From: Azolla caroliniana
Lineage: Eukaryota; Plantae; Polypodiophyta
Assembly (NCBI GenBank): GCA_043228905.1
Contig: JBHGNT010000004.1
Span: 14,074,001-14,138,000 of the forward strand
Reading direction: 5' to 3'
DNA: 64,000 bases
Part shown: one piece after another, positions 61,301 to 64,000 of the stretch
Position numbering within the stretch: the stretch's first letter is position 1
Layout of the letters: every line of letters starts with the position of its first letter
Program-made: the position numbers and the translations under genes
The notes under the pieces: model-generated
Told to the model about the DNA's origin: nothing
The model's input: only the letters and a program-made list of their open reading frames with translations
Database searches by the model: none

Positions 61301-63789
61301 AAAGATGATCGCCGAAAACTTGCACCTCGGTCCAGGAAATGCATTTTCCTTGGATATGGATCCGACGGCGAAATGGGATACCGACTCTGGGATCCCGAAC
61401 GCAGACAAATCGTCCGAAGTTCGGACGTTGTGTTCAACGAGTCGGCTATGAATCCATCAGTCGAAAAACCGATCGAAGTCCGAAGGGTAACATTTTCCGA
61501 TGTGCCGACCCTTCAAGAAGGCCCCGCTCTCAACACACGGTCAGCTTCACGGGTAGCTGAACCTTACACTACCGACTCGGACAACTCCGACTCGGCAGAG
61601 CAGAACAATCCGCTTTCGGACTATCCGACCTCGATACCCGATGCGACCAGTCCACTCATACCTCGACGATCCGAGAGACTGTCGCAACCTCCGGAGAGGT
61701 ATTCTCCTGGAATTTTCTTCACCGACGCCGGCGAACCGACGTCTTACGAAGAAGCATCGACATCTGTCGATTCCGCCACCTGGCATCTGGCGATGGAGTC
61801 GGAAATGCACTCCATTCGGGCAAACAAGACTTGGGATCTGGTCGAATTACCTAGAAACCGACGTGCTCTTCCTTGCAAGTGGGTTTATCGACTAAAAGAG
61901 ACATCTGATTCGACCACCCCAAAGTACAAGGCCAGATTAGTTGCGAAGGGCTTCCGACAAGAATATGGCGTCGACTTCGACGAGATTTTTTCACCAGTGG
62001 TGAAAATGACAACCCTTCGTTTTCTGCTCGGCGTCGTGGCAGCCGACAACTTGGAGCTGATTCAGCTAGATGTCAAAACAGCCTTCCTCCATGGTGATCT
62101 CGAGGAGGAAATTTATATGGAGCAGCCAAAAGGCTTCGTGGCAACTGGCCAAGAACATCTAGTCTGCCGACTCAGGAAGAGTCTATACGGCCTCAAACAG
62201 GCACCGCGACAATGGTACAAGAAGTTCGACGACTTCATCCAATCGATCGGCTTCTCCAAAAGCGATGAGGACCATTGTCTCTTCACCAACACAGCTCAAG
62301 ATGGATCACCCATCTTCCTCATCATTTACGTGGACGACATGCTAATTTCTGGACGCCACGCGGGCGAACTTGCCGATCTCGTTCGGCAACTGCGGTTGAA
62401 GTTTGCAATGAAGGACCTCGGTCCGGCACGACACATACTCGGCATGAAGATTAGTCGGCATCGCGATAAACGACATCTCTTTTTGTCTCAGACCGACTAT
62501 ATCGGACGTGTCTTGGAACGCTTCAACATGCAATCAGCCAAATCTGCTTCAACCCCGCTCCCAATGAATCTTCGGCTCTCTCAGCGAGACTGCCCGACAT
62601 CCGGCCCGGAGGGGGAAGATATGAAGTCGGTACCGTATGCACCGGCAGTCGGCTCCCTTATGTACCTGATGGTCGCGACACGGCCTGATATTTCTCATGT
62701 CGTAGGAGTCGTTAGCAGATTTATGCACAATCCTGGCCGATCGCATTGGAACGCAGTCAAGCATGTGTTCAGATATCTGGCTGGCACAAAAGACCATGGC
62801 ATTCTTTTCGGTCCGAACCGAACCTCAGGCATAGTCGGTTACACCGACTCGGATTTCGCCGGCTGTATAGACAGTCGGAAATCAACAACCGGATACTGCT
62901 TCAAATTCGGCAATGGAGCAATTTCGTGGAAGTCGAAACTTCAGGAGTGCACAGCGACCTCAACGACCGAAGCAGAATATGTAGCTGCGTCCGACGCAGC
63001 AAAAGAAGCTCTGTGGCTCGGTCGGCTGGCGCACACATTTCAACAAGTCGACCATGACTCGGCTCCAGTTGTCTACAGCGACAGTCAAGGTGCTGTTGCC
63101 TTGTCGAAAAATTCGGTTCACCACAACGCCTCCAAACATATCGACGTTCGATATCACTTCGTTCGGGACTGCGTCATTTCAGGGAAAATCGGTCTAGAGA
63201 AAATATCCACAACCGACAATGTCGCAGATGGAATGACCAAGTGTCTTTCGGCAGACCGTTTTCGGTCTCTTCGGCATCAGATGGGCGTAACGACAAACCA
63301 GTCCGGTTAGAGCCGGACACAGAGCAGGATGGTTCCCGACAACCGACATCAGTTCCTTAATGATCGGCTTCAACTGTTCCGACCCGACCAGTTCGGTCTT
63401 CTGCCTTCGGACCCTGCCGACTCGAACAAAGCTGATATGTCCGAGAACCCAAGTCTATACCTGTAATCTTAGATAACCCATGTATACGCCCATTACGGGG
63501 GAGTGTCGAATACATGTGTATAATGGACGTATTCACACTATCCCGTTTTGGCCATTTATGTAATTAGCATAAAGGGTAGTTGCCCTAAGTCGGTCTCTAT
63601 ATATAGTGACCTTGTAACCTTTTTGTAAGGTTGGTTGTTGTATTATTGCTTTGTGGAATAAGAAACTCTTTTGTGCCTCTCTCTCTCTCTCTCTCTCTCT
63701 GTGCAACGACATAGAAACTGTCCTACGCAGGTATTCAGAAACCATCGAATGCTTCTTGATCTTCCGCACTGACGACTTTGCCTCCAACA
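58320..63789 (+). mobile_element. Intact, very young Ty1/Copia element H
   Basis: LTRs 58320-58607 and 63504-63789 differ by one substitution and one CT unit. TSD ATCTC at 58315-58319 and 63790-63794. PBS 58610-58621; PPT 63497-63503. Confidence 0.98.
59297..63310 (+). CDS. Intact Copia gag-pol polyprotein (~1337 aa)
   Basis: Uninterrupted ORF with CNYCKKPGHIKADC, WLLDSGASFH, HHCC and rve integrase, RT YVDD, and RNase H. Confidence 0.97.
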   Translation: MASTSGSSEMSLRKFDGSNFNFWKEQMQDYLIVKGQIDPIENEEPPEGYKPIEWQKLDRIVRATIRMHLSESVYFTVQSCTTTFELWKTLSDTYEKKVAATKMFLIRRLYNLRMKESDSVQAHLNEYESISSQISSQGTAIEDELRAMILMSSLPSSWETFVTTVCNASTTAVKYSEVTSAILTEAARRKSFAKDSTEDAYVVQGSTDRSNIRGRDSSRPPNNQRRRSQSRDNRICNYCKKPGHIKADCRALKNKNNKKSGRHEEINHVSFSADVLPDDPNILSIENPVGSEVLLTTEESSTWLLDSGASFHVTPHRSQFRQYTIRHSDSVRVGNSQHCDIIGIGTVELNLAGGSTLVLHNVRHVPELSRPLISVGQLDEDGIRAGFSSGGWTLHRGNLLLARGPKIHSLYPLHVTLREGNLFLVDIPVSSLWHRRLGHLSKAGITHLSRAGYIPKLSFSDHQFCEHCQYGKQAAASHPTSAPRETRPLDLVHSDVCGPMPHQSLGGASYFVSFIDDSTRKVWAYPIRTKDRVFSIFTDWLAMVENQTDRKLKCLRTDNGGEFKSEEFVKFCRQRGIRREFTAPHSPEQNGIAERMNRTIQERIVSMLQHSGLSDGFWAEALLTAVHIINMSPSRPLGLQIPQELWIGSKPNYDKLRIFGCEAYALIPKDDRRKLAPRSRKCIFLGYGSDGEMGYRLWDPERRQIVRSSDVVFNESAMNPSVEKPIEVRRVTFSDVPTLQEGPALNTRSASRVAEPYTTDSDNSDSAEQNNPLSDYPTSIPDATSPLIPRRSERLSQPPERYSPGIFFTDAGEPTSYEEASTSVDSATWHLAMESEMHSIRANKTWDLVELPRNRRALPCKWVYRLKETSDSTTPKYKARLVAKGFRQEYGVDFDEIFSPVVKMTTLRFLLGVVAADNLELIQLDVKTAFLHGDLEEEIYMEQPKGFVATGQEHLVCRLRKSLYGLKQAPRQWYKKFDDFIQSIGFSKSDEDHCLFTNTAQDGSPIFLIIYVDDMLISGRHAGELADLVRQLRLKFAMKDLGPARHILGMKISRHRDKRHLFLSQTDYIGRVLERFNMQSAKSASTPLPMNLRLSQRDCPTSGPEGEDMKSVPYAPAVGSLMYLMVATRPDISHVVGVVSRFMHNPGRSHWNAVKHVFRYLAGTKDHGILFGPNRTSGIVGYTDSDFAGCIDSRKSTTGYCFKFGNGAISWKSKLQECTATSTTEAEYVAASDAAKEALWLGRLAHTFQQVDHDSAPVVYSDSQGAVALSKNSVHHNASKHIDVRYHFVRDCVISGKIGLEKISTTDNVADGMTKCLSADRFRSLRHQMGVTTNQSG

Positions 63790-64000
63790 ATCTCACCCGA
63801 TGAAACTTCTTCCAAATCGGCCAACAGTGCTTGCGTTTTTGTTAGCATGGAAGCTATACAACACAACAATCGCTCTTCATGTTTTTCTTTTAGTGTGGCT
63901 TTTTGTTTTGCAATTTGTTGAGTCAACACAGATGTCGAAGTTGGGATTTCAATATGAGAGATACCCTCACACTTCATGGCAGTGTTGGTACATGAGGGTC

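Larger units (their letters stand above)
57624..64000 (-). pseudogene. Unknown minus-strand gene (coiled-coil-like), open to the window edge and interrupted by Copia H; probable 54-nt intron 57814-57867
   Basis: Removing H and one ATCTC copy joins ...LEEVSSGE to MAAEKQF... in frame. GT-AG splicing then joins in frame to IMLQRVG...KKRRRRRRRREED. Confidence 0.5.

Overview
Plant-type heterochromatic window made almost entirely of nested LTR retrotransposons. The mix of element types suggests a non-seed plant such as a fern, but that is inference. It contains seven Ty1/Copia copies, one of them intact and very young (58320-63789). It also has two non-chromovirus (Athila-like) Ty3/Gypsy copies, three copies of an iMet-primed Gypsy-gag family with a long leader, a Tcn1/Tf1-like self-priming element, an intron-split Sola2-like DDE transposase remnant, and two unexplained minus-strand spliced ORF regions. 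The most unusual feature is in the full-length Gypsy at 5470-15892. It has no polypurine tract. In that position, 2 nt before the 3' LTR, it carries a sense copy of the 3' end of the same tRNA its PBS uses, ending in CCA. This suggests plus-strand priming by a tRNA or tRNA mimic. The same element also carries a roughly 1000-codon extra ORF after pol. Coordinates were read by eye. Family and tRNA assignments come from remembered motifs, not database searches.
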